From the NCBI RefSeq assembly GCF_006345805.1, contig NC_042999.1, positions 57,288,001 through 57,352,000 of the forward strand: a stretch of DNA of 64,000 nucleotides, given 5' to 3'. Origin of the DNA: Octopus sinensis. Taxonomy: Eukaryota. Of this stretch, positions 26,335 to 40,342 are shown piece by piece. The notes under the pieces are model-generated. The model was given only the letters and a program-made list of their open reading frames with translations, searched no databases and was not told where the DNA came from. Each line of letters begins with the position of its first letter. Positions within the stretch are counted from its first letter, which is position 1. The translations under genes were made by a program, and so were the position numbers.

Positions 26335-28720
26335 TTGAAGCACATTATAAACATACCTTTTGAAATGCTGCGTACACGATGTCTTGAAATGTATGCAAGT
26401 CTCGATATAAGGTTGCACCTGCATTGTGATGGAGTTGTATTCGCAGGTTGTGGAGCTCATATTGTTGCTGCCAGATTGAGAATGTGGAGATGCGGCTAAG
26501 CGAATCAACCATGGACTGAGAACTTCTTTTATTCGATTGTCCACATTTGCATCTTTGCTACAATTTATCCTTCTCGACAATGTAGGTGGAAATATCTAGA
26601 TAGAAAATGCCTTGTACCTCAGCATCTCGTGTTTGTTTTTTCTTCAGTTTTTTGTTCTACATCGTCTTGTACCATAGCACCTGCCTCTTTCTTATGCTGT
26701 ACAGGACTATTCGTTTAAATGGCAGAATTCAACACGAAATTATCTGTTGTGGAGTGGGAGTTTGTAGTTCCCTTGGTATAACTTGCTAGCTAAGGTGTAT
26801 CGTGACTCAACTAAAGTTTACATTCCATCATGTTCTTCCTTGAGACTAAGCTCATTTCTGAATGTATGTGTAACCTGGTCGCTTCCCTTAGTGATATATT
26901 TGTAGCGTCACTTCACATACTAGTCACTTTGTACGACTTACAATTGATATGGTATCTGCATCGCATCTACAATGGAGAACTGTATTATGCATTCCATCGG
27001 TTGTCCAGTATTATGGTCTGCCCTTGCTGTTCTGCAGATCTTCGCCCATGTTCCGTTCCGATTATGAATTTTCACTCACAACAATTGAGTTTCTGAGCGA
27101 TTTCAGGAATTAGTTGGTACTGTAACTACCGAGGCTGTTTGTAGTGATGATGGTGCGTTACTTCTTTTTGTCGAGAATTTTACTGTATACTACCTTGTCG
27201 ATTGAGTCAGATTGCTTAGTTTGTTTTGTCTTCCATAAAAAGAATCTGGGTATGGACACTCAATTGTAGAAGAACAGACAATTATTTTGTAAAACACCTC
27301 TCCTTAATACATCATATATGTGGTTTTGAAAACTCGTGCGCACAAATTGGCTTGTCTTCTCTTCGGGAGTGAGCGTAGCTGTAATTTCAGGCCACTTGGG
27401 ATTTCATAGTTGTCATGATGAAAAATGTGGGCTTGCGATAGTGTGTAACTGTGAAGGAATTTTTTAAATACTCCTTACAGAGGTGCAGTTTGCCATAGAT
27501 GGAGGATGGCAGGATTATCTTTCATTCAGCATTAACACTATTTCCTTGCCAGCGCATCAAACAGAACCAGTCGTTAGTCTTCCCGTATTGCAGATTAGGT
27601 GTTCTTGGCATAAGGCAACCTGCAGTGCTTGATCTTTTCCTACGAATCGACCGTATTGTGTTGCACCGGTTACTGACTTTTCTTAATAATGCTGTACTTG
27701 GAACTGATATGCATAAAAATTTGTTGCAATTATTAGTGCGGTTATTGCTCCACTTAAGTCCAAGCTGATAGCCATGTAGGAAAATCAGGACGTAGTGGTG
27801 AGACGCCCTCTGGAGCCTCTGATTACATCAAGGTGCCTGCAGTTGTCCTTGACATGATTACTGCCTTTCCTAAAACCATGGACAACTTGTATAATTCTGT
27901 GGTGAACAGCAGATGGCTTTTGCACGTTGTACCTCATCTATACCAGTGATTCGCAACCGATATGCTGCGGCACACTGGTGTACTAAGTGTGCCGCAGTGT
28001 AACTTGAACATAATTATTTTCGCTATACTTTTAGTTATATTTTTAGTTCAGGTGTCATCGAATTTTGAAGAGAATATAAGTACACCGCAAGTGAAAAATG
28101 GTTGCGGAGCACTGATCTGTATTATTAATAGCAGCAGTTCTTATGAGCACCGTGAAACTTTTAATATGGGTTTTGTTCTCGTGTACTGACTTTTACAAAT
28201 TTTGAGATATCTTAGGAAATTAAATGTTTGCTTAGCTCAGCCTGTTTACAGCTCACCATCTGTATTATAAAAGTTGCCGTTGGCGGATTTATCTCGTATC
28301 CGAGTATTTATTTTCTTCTTTGCTGAACGCTTCCTATATGGTGATGCCGTTGATGACTCTGGAGATCAATTCTTGCATTGAAAAGCCAATAGCATTGACT
28401 GCATGGCGATGTCGGTGGAAGAAGAGGTTGATTTTGTGGAGGCTTTCTCTCCTGTTATTTGATTTCTTTTCTTTTTCTCTTCTGGCGGCTTCAAAGATTT
28501 TGGTTCCGATGGTGATGGAAAACCGCCACTTAGTACGGCCTCGCAGGGTAGCAATGATCCTATTTGCTAGGGGATGTAGCTTAATTTTTCCATCGCAGCA
28601 GTAAGTTGATTTGAGCACACTCTTTGCAATGTTCGCAAATAGATGAGCAAAACCTTCACAGCATTGTGTAAGGTAAAAATGCCAAAGCTTCATTCTCATC
28701 AGAAACATCACAGGTTCTTC
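26335..28720 (-). mobile_element. Helitron Rep-helicase remnant, heavily decayed
   Basis: CCDGKIKLHPL; HYVLIFLHG; FYAYQF; IILPSSIYG; KPTFFI; PICARVF; LHHNAGAT, in the expected order. Confidence 0.65.
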
Positions 28721-29321
28721 ATCAGTTTCATGAGTGTCTAGTCGTTTCAATCTAGGAGAGCTGTAATCGTTGCATTTCACTCTGGAATGCTTTCATTTTG
28801 CCTCTGATCTGTCAGATTTTAAGCCTATGCAGTGAGGCGAGAACGGCTTTGAGAAGGAAACGTCACACGCATGCCACAGCATCATGATTACGTAGTTTCA
28901 CAACTAATAAATGAATGCACGCAAAACAAACACTGGCGCACGTGCGTTTGTGTGTGTGTGTGTGCGTCGATAGAAATCTGCATCGATGCAGTCATATATG
29001 TAAATATATACAAACTCGTATATGTTATTACGTGAATCTACGTGTATACGTTATTATGTAAGTGATGTTTATATGTGAATGTGTGTGTAGGTGTGTACGA
29101 GCGAGAAGAAGAGAGACAAAAAGAAAGGAAGGAACGAAGGAAGGAACGAAGGAAGGAACGAAGGAAGGAAAAAAAGAAAGAAAGAGACGCGGTAGAGAAA
29201 GAAATAGTTTATGGGTGTGCTGATCTACTCAACTATGGCAACTTCAAGGTATCTACCGCTGAAAAGAAACCAACACTTTTTAATGTATCGGCCTATGTTG
29301 TTTTCTCTTTGTATTTCACTA

Positions 29322-29710
29322 AGGCAGCGAGCTGGCAGAAATGTTGGCATGCCGGGCGAAATGCGTAGCCGTATTTCGTCTGCCGTTACGTTCTGAGTTC
29401 AAATTCCGCCGAGGTCCACTTTGCCTTTCATCCTTTCGGGGTCGATAAATTAAGTACCAGTTACGCACTGAGGTCGATGTAATCGACGTAATTCTTTTGT
29501 CTGTCCTTGTTTGTCCCCTCTGTGTTTAGCCCCTTGTGGGTAGTAAAGGAATAGGTATTTCGTCTGTCGTTACGTTCTGAGTTCAAATTCCGCCGAGGTC
29601 GACTTTGCCTTTCATCCTTTCAGGGTCAATAAATTAAGTTGCGTATTGGGCTCGATCTAATCGACTGGTCCTCTCCCCAAAATTTTCGGTTCCTGTGCCT
29701 AGAGTAGAAA
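29322..29710 (+). mobile_element. Family A SINE dimer
   Basis: Full copy followed by GTAGTAAAGGAATAGGTATTTCG junction and a second body. Confidence 0.85.
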
Positions 29711-30324
29711 AGGATATTTGTACCTCACTACATATTACTATTATGATGTACTTCTTCTTTTTAATTGATCGCGTTTGGTATTTTGCTCACTGACACTTCA
29801 CGACCTGTGAACTATCCATCGTTAACCATCAGTAACTTCACACGCAGTTTAAATGTAGAAACGTTCTGTGAACTGGCAGAATCGTTAGAGCTTCGCGGGG
29901 AAATGCTTTGTGGTATTTCTTCCGGCTCTGAGTTGAAATCGCATCCAAGTTAACTTTGCCTTTCTTGCTTTCGAGATCGACAAAATAAAGTAGCATTCAA
30001 GTACTGGTGTCGACGGTATCGACTAGCCCTCCTCCTCTTCAACATTACTGATTTTGTGCCTAAATTAGAAACCATATTATTCTGAGCTTTGGTAGAATCA
30101 GTACAGCACAAGGCAAAATGTTTTTAGGGATTTGATATTGTAACTCTTACTCTTTGAAGTTCGAATCCTTCTGAGGTTTATCAACTCAATACTAGTCAGG
30201 AAATGGCAATAGATCTTAACCAGCTGTCACCTCCACTAAGCTTGAGGTATTGCACCTAAATTAGAAGTAATTAATATTTTGATGATGGGTGATATCACGA
30301 GGAAATCTTACAAAAATACAAACA

Positions 30325-30720
30325 TAGGTGCAAGCGTAGCTGTGTGGTAAGAAGCTTGTTTCCGAACCATATGGTCCCGGGTTCGGTCCTATTGCGTGGC
30401 ACTTTGGGTAAGTGTCTTCTACTATAGCCTTGGGCCGACCAAAGCCTTGTGAGTGGATTTGATAGACGGAAACTGAAAGAAGCCCGTCGTATAAATATAT
30501 GTATGTGTGTGTGTGTGTGTGTGTCTTTATGTTTGTTCCCCGCCATCACTTGACAACCGATGATGCTGTGTTTATATCCCCCGTAACTCAACAGTTCGGC
30601 AAAAGATTCCGATAGAATAAGTATCAGTACTATAAAGAAAAAATTAGATTTATTCGACTAAAATTCTAGGTAGTGCTCTAGCATGGCCACAGTCTAATGA
30701 CTCACACAGTTAAATGATAT
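30325..30720 (+). mobile_element. Family C SINE, near full length
   Basis: GCGTAGCTGTGTGGTAAGAAGCTTG head to GCATGGCCACAGTCTAATGACT tail. Confidence 0.85.
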
Positions 30721-31239
30721 AAGATACAAATTTATTTATTTGTTTATAGATTTATTCTGGAAGTGTACTTCCCAGACAAGTGACTGGATCTGAGACTGCG
30801 TGTTGAAACTAAAACGAAAATTTTTACATCTTACATAATAAAGCTCAATGTCTGTGTATCTGTATAACTATTGGACGAAAGAGAATAGAAGATACGTAAA
30901 AACAAGGTATGTGTTCGCATGGAAAATTTTACGAGAAAGTCGATGAGCTACATAAAATTTACTTTCCATTGCGATTAGTGGGCTTAAAAGGGGGCAAATA
31001 CCCCCGTGAAATTTCAAATACCTGCGATTTCAATAAAAATACCAACATGACTACTAGGTACTAAATAAAGACGATTTCCAGAAGTTGCACCATCTTACAA
31101 TATTATTTAACCCCACTAATAGGGTTTATAATATGGGACAGAGCCTCTTTGAAAGTGCAAATACATCCACTTTTCAGGGAAGATACATAAAATTTAAGTA
31201 TGGGTTCTTGGAATAACTGAACTACAAAACTTCAAAACA

Positions 31240-31411
<172 letters not shown>

Positions 31412-31421
31412 CATGTATGTA

Positions 31422-31454
<33 letters not shown>

Positions 31455-32269
31455 GTATACATATGAATATAAACATAAAAATGGAACAAAAACGCAATAG
31501 AGGGCATTAAAACGTTTGGACAGATAAATGACACAAAGGCGGACAAGAGAAACAACAATTAGAAGAACAGGCAAAAAAAGACGGGTCATTCTTGGTTTTC
31601 TTTCATCAGTCAAGTCCCAGAAGTCACGACCATTTCGGGCAGTTACACTTGAGATAGTTCGATCTGGTTGCTCCCAAAAGTGTGTAAGGTAAGAGCATTA
31701 TACCCCATGCAAGAAAGCTAGCGAATGTGTACGGAAACAAAGAGAAAAAAAAAACAAACAACAACAAAAAAATGGAGAACAAGGTACACAATTATGAATA
31801 CAAACAATAAGAAATAACAACAGGTGTCATACATACTTACATACATACATACATTCATACAAACATGCAGGCATACATACATACATACACGCATGCTTGC
31901 ATACATACATACATACACACACTCACACACACACACACATACATACATACATACATACATACATACATACATACATACATACATACATACATACATACAT
32001 ACAGACATACAGACATACATACATACATACAAACATAAATGTATATGTTGACTGTGTTAAACTAAACTTCAGAGTGACGGTAACATAAATAACAATATTA
32101 GTCTATCTTGGATTAAAAATTATTTTCCCCTCCCTTTGGATGATATACATTTGCATCAACAAAAGGCATGATATACGAAAGGGATAGGGATACCGATAAA
32201 ACACCTACTCTTTTATATTGTTTGGAAATCAGACGCTATAAAAACGACTAAACATAGTCACATGTTGGC

Positions 32270-32712
32270 TCGTCATAATTCTTGCACAGTTTCACTGTTT
32301 TAATGATTGCGCTCTTCTTTTCCATCTTAGTCCGAATTGTTTAACTAAATCATCTTCCCATCTCGTAGTAGCTTCCGAGTGACATTATCCGTTATCTTAT
32401 TCCACCTGTGAACCTTGCGACATGTTCGACCCAGCGGAACTTATACTTACAGTATTCAACGATCACGTCATTCACTCCGCTCCGTTCTCGAATTACCTTA
32501 TTTCTCGAATTACTTTATTTCTCGAAATACCTTGGCGCTATTGAAGGGTCTAGCACGTAGGGTCTTGTCCAGCATTGCTTAGAACATGTCTTTTACTGAG
32601 GTAAACGTCTTCCATCCCGTCACTATTCTCCTTGAGATTTCAGCGTCCATGTCTCGGTGCATATTCATTGTGTGCCCCAAGTAGACGGACTCATTTACCT
32701 CCTCGATTTCAT
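32270..32712 (-). mobile_element. RTE-like LINE 3' fragment
   Basis: EIEEVNESVYLGHTMNM..AEISRRI..GWKTF; KFRWVEHVAR. Confidence 0.7.
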
Positions 32713-33443
32713 TGTTTCTTACCTTTATTGGGCCTTTTGTTACGTTTTCAGACTGCATATATTTTGTCTACATGCGGTTCATTTTAAATATATACGCATT
32801 CATATTGTTAAATATAAGCTACCATAAGATGGTGAATCGAAAACAATACTTAATCAAGAGATATAACTGTAATGGTAAGTCCTTAGTGTTAACAAAAATT
32901 ACTCTTCAATGGTGCCAGAAAAAGAACTCTGAAACTGTCAATCGACTAAAAATTTAATGGAGACAGGCTGTGAGAAAAATGAGTTTGATATTCGGTAGCT
33001 ATGGTGATAACGCTGTACATGTTTCAGTCGTATTAAACCTCCCCAACAAAATATAGATTGCTCAAATTATCCAAGAACTGAGAACAATTAATCGATTAAT
33101 CGATAGAGATTTTTATGTACAAATAATTCAGTGATTATGCAAATTGAATAATGACTAATACACACATACCTATTTTTATATGAGTGTATGTGTATGTGCA
33201 TATGTGTGCATGTGAATGAGATAGAGAAAGGAAGAAAGAAAGAAAGAAAGAAAGAAGGGAAGGAAGGAAGGAAGGAGGGAACGAAGGAAAGAAAAGTAAA
33301 GAATGACAGAAGCAGGGGGAGAGATAGAGAAGTAAATAGATAGAGAGAAAAGAAAATGAGAATAAGAATCACATAAACTCAACAGAATACATCACAAATC
33401 GTGTACACACACACACACATATGCACACGCACACATACTTGTA

Positions 33444-33492
<49 letters not shown>

Positions 33493-33699
33493 CTGCACGG
33501 GCGCTCATATATGCGTGATGCGTGTGATAGAGGGGGAATAAGTATGTGGTGTTGTGGGCTGTATTCGCGCGCGCACGCGTAGTAAAGTGCTTTCAAGCGT
33601 CACACAGTGGAAACTTTCGTAGAACTGTGGTGGAAAATTACCGAAATTATTTGATTTTACGCACTTTCTACATCATGTCTATTTTTCATTCTCTTCTAC

Positions 33700-34030
33700 C
33701 GTTCGTTCTCCCATCTCATTCTCTCTCTCTCTCTCTCACTTTCTATTTCTGTCTATCTTTATCTCGCTCTTCTTTACTCTGTGTATCATTGTTGTTCCTT
33801 ACTCTCCACTTCCGCCTTTTACACTCCATATCATTCTCAAATATCATCTCTCGCTATATCGTACCAACCTCCACCTCTTCACCGTTCAACCATTTCTATT
33901 TATCATCTCCTACTATCATCCGCTCTCCTTCCTTTTATTATTTACCATTCCACTTTCTCTCACTCACTCTCATTCTCTCTCTCCTCTTTCCCCCATCCAT
34001 CCATCCATCCATCCATCCATCCATCCATCC

Positions 34031-34067
<37 letters not shown>

Positions 34068-34400
34068 GCTTTCTATCTCCCTCTCTCTCTTTCTCCCTTC
34101 TTCCATCTCTCTCTCTTCCTTCTCTCTCCTCTCTTTTTATCTCTCCCTTGCTCCCTCACCCTCTCTCTCCATCTCTCATTCTCTTTCTCTTTAGCTTAAT
34201 TTCCCCCTCGTTCCCCTCCCTCTCTCTCTTCTTTCTCTCAGCGTGTTTCTCCTCGGTTCCCCCCTTAATCCTACTCTCTCTCTCTCTCTCTCTCTTTCTC
34301 TTCCTCCTTTTAGGTAATATCTCCAACATCATCCACTCCACCGCTCCACAAATCTCCCCACTCCCATCCTCACACATACACAGTCTTTTACCAAACAATA
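33700..34400. repeat. CT-rich low-complexity tract with (CCAT)n/(CTAT)n
   Basis: Direct reading. Confidence 0.85.
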
Positions 34401-35039
34401 ACCGAAGGCGATAAATCCTTGCCGTGCCTTCTAATTCAGTGACTTAAAAGATATGATTAACACCATTTAAAGTCGTCAAACCCAGCCTAATTGTGGATGT
34501 TTTGCCGAAATCAATGCTTTGACTAATTCTATATTTAAAATACATCGATCGTTTTATATAATATTGCTTTAAACGTCGACCATTTATAGTTAGTGAATTT
34601 TTAAGTGGTGCCTCTTGGGAACCCCCCATAGCTAAGGGTAAAAACCATTGTAAAAAAAAAAAATTGATTTCTATTTATTTTTGTTGTTGATCTAAAGCTT
34701 GAAATGTTGTAGGTCATGCTGTAGAAAAGAAGTTGTGCTAAAACCTCTTCGGTATATAAAAAGAAACAAGAAAATAAATAAAACCAAAAAAGAAATGAAG
34801 AAAAAGAAGAAAAAATGGCTAACAATTTCGAGAACAGATATCCCATTAATTTAATAGCTGATATCTTATTTTTCTTTCTCTTTCTCCTCTTTTCGCTCTC
34901 CGTTTTCTTGTTATTTATTTTATTTATTTTTACTATTTATTTTTACTATCGAATGAAATGACATTTTACTTCTGAATATCATCTTAATCGTTGTCAAGAT
35001 GTAGTTTAGCTGTGGGTTACAAATGTGTTCTGTTCTCTT

Positions 35040-35630
35040 CTAACTCCACACTATTCTACTCAACTCTACTCTAAACTAAACTGTGCTGAACTATTCTATT
35101 CCACCCTTCACAGTTCTACACAACTCTGCCTTCCTACATCACACTGCACTACACTACTCTACTCTGCACTGCTCTATTCTACATACATTACACCATAGTA
35201 CTCCTCGACTACACGACTCTATTCTACATTACACAACTCTACACTACGTTACACAACTCTACATTACACAACACTACGCAATATTCTACACAGCTATATA
35301 CTGCTTAATACTGTACTACGCACTATTCTATATAGCTCTACACTTCACAATACTATACTACACATTATTCTACACAACTTTACACAACACTGTACTACGC
35401 ACTATCCTACACAACTCTTTTCTATACAATACTATACTACACACTATTCTACACAACTCTACTCTATAGAACAGTACGCTACACTACACACTATTCTAGA
35501 CAACTCTAAACTATACAACATTATACTACACACTATTCTGCACAGCACTATACTATACTATACTATACTATACTATATCTTGTACTTCATTGCTCTACAC
35601 TAAACTATTCTACACTACTCTACACAATTC
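35040..35630. repeat. Degenerate ACTAC/CTACA pentamer-based tract
   Basis: Recurrent CTACA/ACTAT/ACTCT units. Confidence 0.75.
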
Positions 35631-36240
35631 CCGCTCTTCCAACAAGAAGGGAAATTATCCTAACTATCCAAACCGTCAAACTGTCACTCTTACAACATCA
35701 TGAAAGTCATAAAAACAGTTCGTAACAATCACTTTCTCCAACCCCTTTCGTTCCGTCCCTTCAACAATCACCACGGTAGCTTTCGTAGGGCAAAGCATAC
35801 TCAATATCTACGGTCATATGTTACTTACTATTGATCTCTCTCTCACCCTTGTGAAATTCGGTGGAAATAATGTAACTGTAATAGGCATCAAAACAAAGCA
35901 TTTGGCTCTGTCTATCACGGAAATCTTCTGGCTAAACTGTCCACAAATATATTCCATCCCTACTCTAATTTCTAGGGCTGGAAGCTTCCTGCAGCGGATA
36001 AAATTGATGGGATTTTTCTCACCTGCACTTCATTAACTACGTTATGCCTCAAACCCAGTTATATTACCCGTATCTTTCCTCCTATAGCCGCAAAAGGATC
36101 TACTCGCCATCACATTCATCAGAACCCATTCCTGTACGGACAAAACTTACTCACATCCTTCTCTAAACTTCTGTATGCTGACGTCAGCAGCACACAATCA
36201 AAACATCTCACATCAAACCTGTGCTAATTCCATGAACAAC
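35630..36240 (+). mobile_element. Possible CR1/L2-type LINE RT C-terminal remnant
   Basis: Weak residual motifs only; CA-rich strand bias. Confidence 0.4.
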
Positions 36241-36251
36241 AACTTTATATA

Positions 36252-37450
36252 TCAGGTCATCCCATAAGGTCTGTTCGATTTTACCTTTTTTAAAATTGAA
36301 TATAATTTAATAGCATTTTAGAATGTCTGATGGAATTTTAGAATATTTTTATGCATTTGTGTACATTTAAACTAATTAAATATTATTTTACAGAAGAATA
36401 GAATTAAAATTTCTTTGATTAAAACCCTTTCTAACATGGAAGTAACCAAACAGCATTTGAGGTACATAATGCTTTATGAGTACAAAGAAGGAAACTCTGC
36501 AGCCAAAGCGACTCGAAACATACTCTCAGTTTATGGGAAAGAATGCTTGAATGAAAGAACTTGTAGAAGATAGTTTGCAAAATTCAAAAGTGAGGATTTC
36601 AGCCTTGAAGATGAAGATCGAACAGAACGTCCAGTCGAGTTTGATGATAAGCTCCTTGAGGCATTACTTGAAGAAAATCCTGCATTGTCAATTGAAGAAT
36701 TGGCAATAAAACTTAGTTCAAACCATACAACTGTTCATCGTCAACAACTTGGAAAGGTTTCCTAAACTTGGAAAATGGGTACCTCATGAATTGTCCGAAA
36801 GCAACCGCAAATCCCGAGTTGACATCTGTCGAAATATTAAACGTCGTAAACAGTGGTTTGGTAAAAGGAAAAAAGCTCAACCACAATCGAGAAGGGAACT
36901 TGATGGGAAAAAGGTTCTTCTCTCTATCTGGTGGGATTGCAAAGGAGTAATTGAATTGTTTCCATCTAATGTAACAATCAATGCTCAAGTCTACTGTCAG
37001 CAATTAGAGCGTTTGAACCAAACTTTGAAGAAAAAAAGACCCACTTTAGTGAATCGAAAAGGAATGATGTTTCATCAGGACAATGCGCGACCCCACACTG
37101 CAAAGATCACATCACAGAAGATCGAAGAGCCTGGTTGAGAAAAAAATTTTCATCCACCTTATTCTCCCGACCTTGCTCCTTCGGACTACCATTTGTTTCG
37201 TAGTTTACAGAATCATTTGGAGGACATAACTTTCGCAAGCCAGGACGAGGTCGAAACTGACATTTCAGAGTTCTTCGCTTTGAAACCAAAAGAGTTTTAC
37301 ATTGATGGAATTAAAAAGCTTGTAAATAGATGGAAGGAAGTCATAGATAATCAGGGAAAGTACATTGATGATTAAATATCAATTAAATATAACATTTGAT
37401 CACTTGTTTGCTTTATTCAAAATTCGGACAGAACTTACAGGATAACCTGA
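36252..37450 (+). mobile_element. mariner transposon, internally deleted, with TIRs and TA duplication
   Basis: TA|TCAGGTCATCCCATAAGGTCTGTTCG ... CGGACAGAACTTACAGGATAACCTGA|TA. Confidence 0.9.
36436..37375 (+). pseudogene. mariner DD34D transposase, inactivated
   Basis: WVPHEL; HQDNARPH-(34 aa)-D in YSPDLAPSDYHLF; stops, frameshifts and loss of the first catalytic D segment. Confidence 0.92.
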
Positions 37451-37535
37451 TACATATTACACACGCACACTCACGCATGCAGACATCCATACATAAGAAT
37501 ATGTGTGCATATATATGTAGGCATATGCATATATA

Positions 37536-37749
37536 CGAGAGGGTACTGAAAAGTTCCTGGCTTTAAGAGTATCTAGAAAGGCCTGGTTCGAAGTCCAAGC
37601 TGCTGAGTTTTTTACAGGGCTTAAAAAAGCAGAAGGACCGCTGCAATAAGTGTGAATGTGAGAGAGGAATATGCTGAACAAAATCATAATTAACTGATCC
37701 TCCTGTATTTTCTTTCACCCAAAGCCAGGAACTTTCCAGCACCTCCTCG
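37536..37749 (+). mobile_element. Non-autonomous mariner derivative (MITE-like, 214 bp)
   Basis: TIRs CGAGAGGGTACTGAAAAGTTCCTGGCTTT / AAAGCCAGGAACTTTCCAGCACCTCCTCG; 5' TA. Confidence 0.8.
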
Positions 37750-37815
37750 TGTGTGTGTGTGTATATATATATGTATGTGTATGTATGTATGTATGTATGT
37801 ATGTATGTATGTATG

Positions 37816-37858
<43 letters not shown>

Positions 37859-38087
37859 TATTATATATAATATATATATATATATATGACCTCGTGTGTA
37901 CCGTTGGCGATTTTTTTTCCTCTGCCACGAGCGGCATTTGTAGGTCACGAGATTTCTTTCCTGAGCGTCCAATAATACTATATTTGTTCCACGTCCTCGC
38001 ATGTTGTGTTTTTTTGTGCTTTCTTGTTTGGATTAACTTTAGCTATATATATATATATATCTATATATATATATATATAATATATAT

Positions 38088-38144
<57 letters not shown>

Positions 38145-39294
38145 ATATGTATATATGTTTATTTGTATGTATGTATCTATATGTAGAGATAGATAGGTGC
38201 GTGTTTTGTATGTTTTTATTAATGTATGCGAGTATTTTCAGCTCAGGATATCGCTAAGCTAACCGTTCTTTATTGAAGAGGTAGGCCTATCTCTCTATAT
38301 TCAGAGAGGGAAAAGTGTGAGTTATGACATCATGCATCATCCACCAAAGTCATTGTCAAATTTATATATGCAACGTGAACTAACTGGCTGATTCCAATGA
38401 CTGAAACTATTCGTAAATTCCGGTCGCACATTCCCGTAATTCAGCTCTTGTTCTACACATGACACTTGGCAATTAAAAATATCGATTTCTAACATAGGCT
38501 CAAGGTCTTCAACTTGTTATTAGACATCATTTAGCAGATACAGTTTAGAGAAGGCTGAAAGGCAATCGACGGGATGTGAGAAAGTCAAAGCAAACAAATA
38601 TAAGGAAAGCATTTGGTCTGCTCCTTCGTTGATGCTGCCAACTCAACGCCCTTCAGCAATTACAAATATCGACCCGACTCAGTCAATGCATTCTTTTACA
38701 TTTAATTTGTATTTTTTAAAAATTTGTTTTGTCTTTATTTGCTAAACGAAAAAATCTTCAACAAGAGACGTATGTAAGGAGCAACGTTCAATAAAGCTGT
38801 GAGTGTCATTTGAAACCGAATGGAAATCTACACCCTGTCATGTGATCAGTAAATTCTCATTGGTAGATAACTATAACTTGCAGATAAATCCATAACCATT
38901 TAGCTGAGATCGTAGATGCATACATACATACATACATACATACATACATACATACATACATACATACATACATACATACATACATACACAGACTAACATT
39001 CATATGCGTGCATACACACGCGCGCACGCACGTGCACACACACGCACACATGTATGAATATATTGTTTGTTTAAAGTGTGCAATAACGAGCGGCATTTGT
39101 AGGTCACGAGATTTCATAGCCACACAACGAGATGCAATCACTTGTAAGTAAATACACACACACGCGCGCGCGCACACACACATATACATATAGGTTTATA
39201 CATGTTTCTAGGTTCCATAGAGTGTGTATGTGTGTGAATGTGTGTGTGCGTGCGTGCATAAACCAGTGCATACGCTAGATATACATCCATACAT

Positions 39295-39375
<81 letters not shown>

Positions 39376-39638
39376 TACATATACATATATACATATATAT
39401 ATATACATATATACATATATATATACATATATACATATATATATATATACATATATATGTATATACATATATACATATATACATATATACATATATATAT
39501 ATATACATATATATATACATATATACATATATATATATACATATATATATACATATATACATATATTACATATATACATATATACATATATATATACATA
39601 TATACATATATATATTATATACATATATATATATACAT

Positions 39639-39715
<77 letters not shown>

Positions 39716-39751
39716 CATATATATATGTAAAATAATATGTGACAATTATTC

Positions 39752-39832
39752 AATAGCCAAGATAAAACTCTGAGTTTTGGATGCCGAGGTGGAAATCCAA
39801 AACACCATCTCTTCGGTTATCTGGCCCTATTT
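39752..39832 (-). ncRNA. Degenerate type I hammerhead-like motif (U4C and G12A)
   Basis: Stem I GCCAGATAA/TTATC-T-TGGC; CCGAAGA; stem II GATG..CATC; CAAAA; stem III ACT-cag-AGT. Confidence 0.5.
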
Positions 39833-39944
39833 ATATATATATTATATATATATTAATCCTATTTCCTCTATTTCCATAATATTGAGGTCTCTTTCCTTCT
39901 TTTGTTATCTTACCGTTTTTACCAGTATATACATATATACATAG

Positions 39945-40018
<74 letters not shown>

Positions 40019-40021
<3 letters not shown>

Positions 40022-40342
40022 CATAAGGGACTAAAGCAATCTGAATATGGCTAGGGACAGGGCAGGGTGGTGGGGTGTTACTGTTGCATTTAGCCCCAGG
40101 CGAACATCGACGTCACCAGGTAGGCCCGACACCGTCACGGTGTCCTTTAACCTGCAAAGGGAGGTAATTCCCCGATGAAGCGGAAACCACACACGGACCT
40201 GGTGACGTCGATGTTCGCCTGGGGCTAAATGCAACAGTAACACCCCCACCACCTGCCCTGTCCCTAGCCATATTCAGATGGCTTTAGTCCCTTATGTTAT
40301 CGAGCAGTTACTGTCTATATCTCTTTTAGAGAATTATTATTG

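Noticed and set aside
31575-31640. CTGATGA on the minus strand in a short insert, as a possible hammerhead
   Set aside because: Core present, but I could not build stems I and II together with GAAA and an NUH site; may be a decayed PLE fragment
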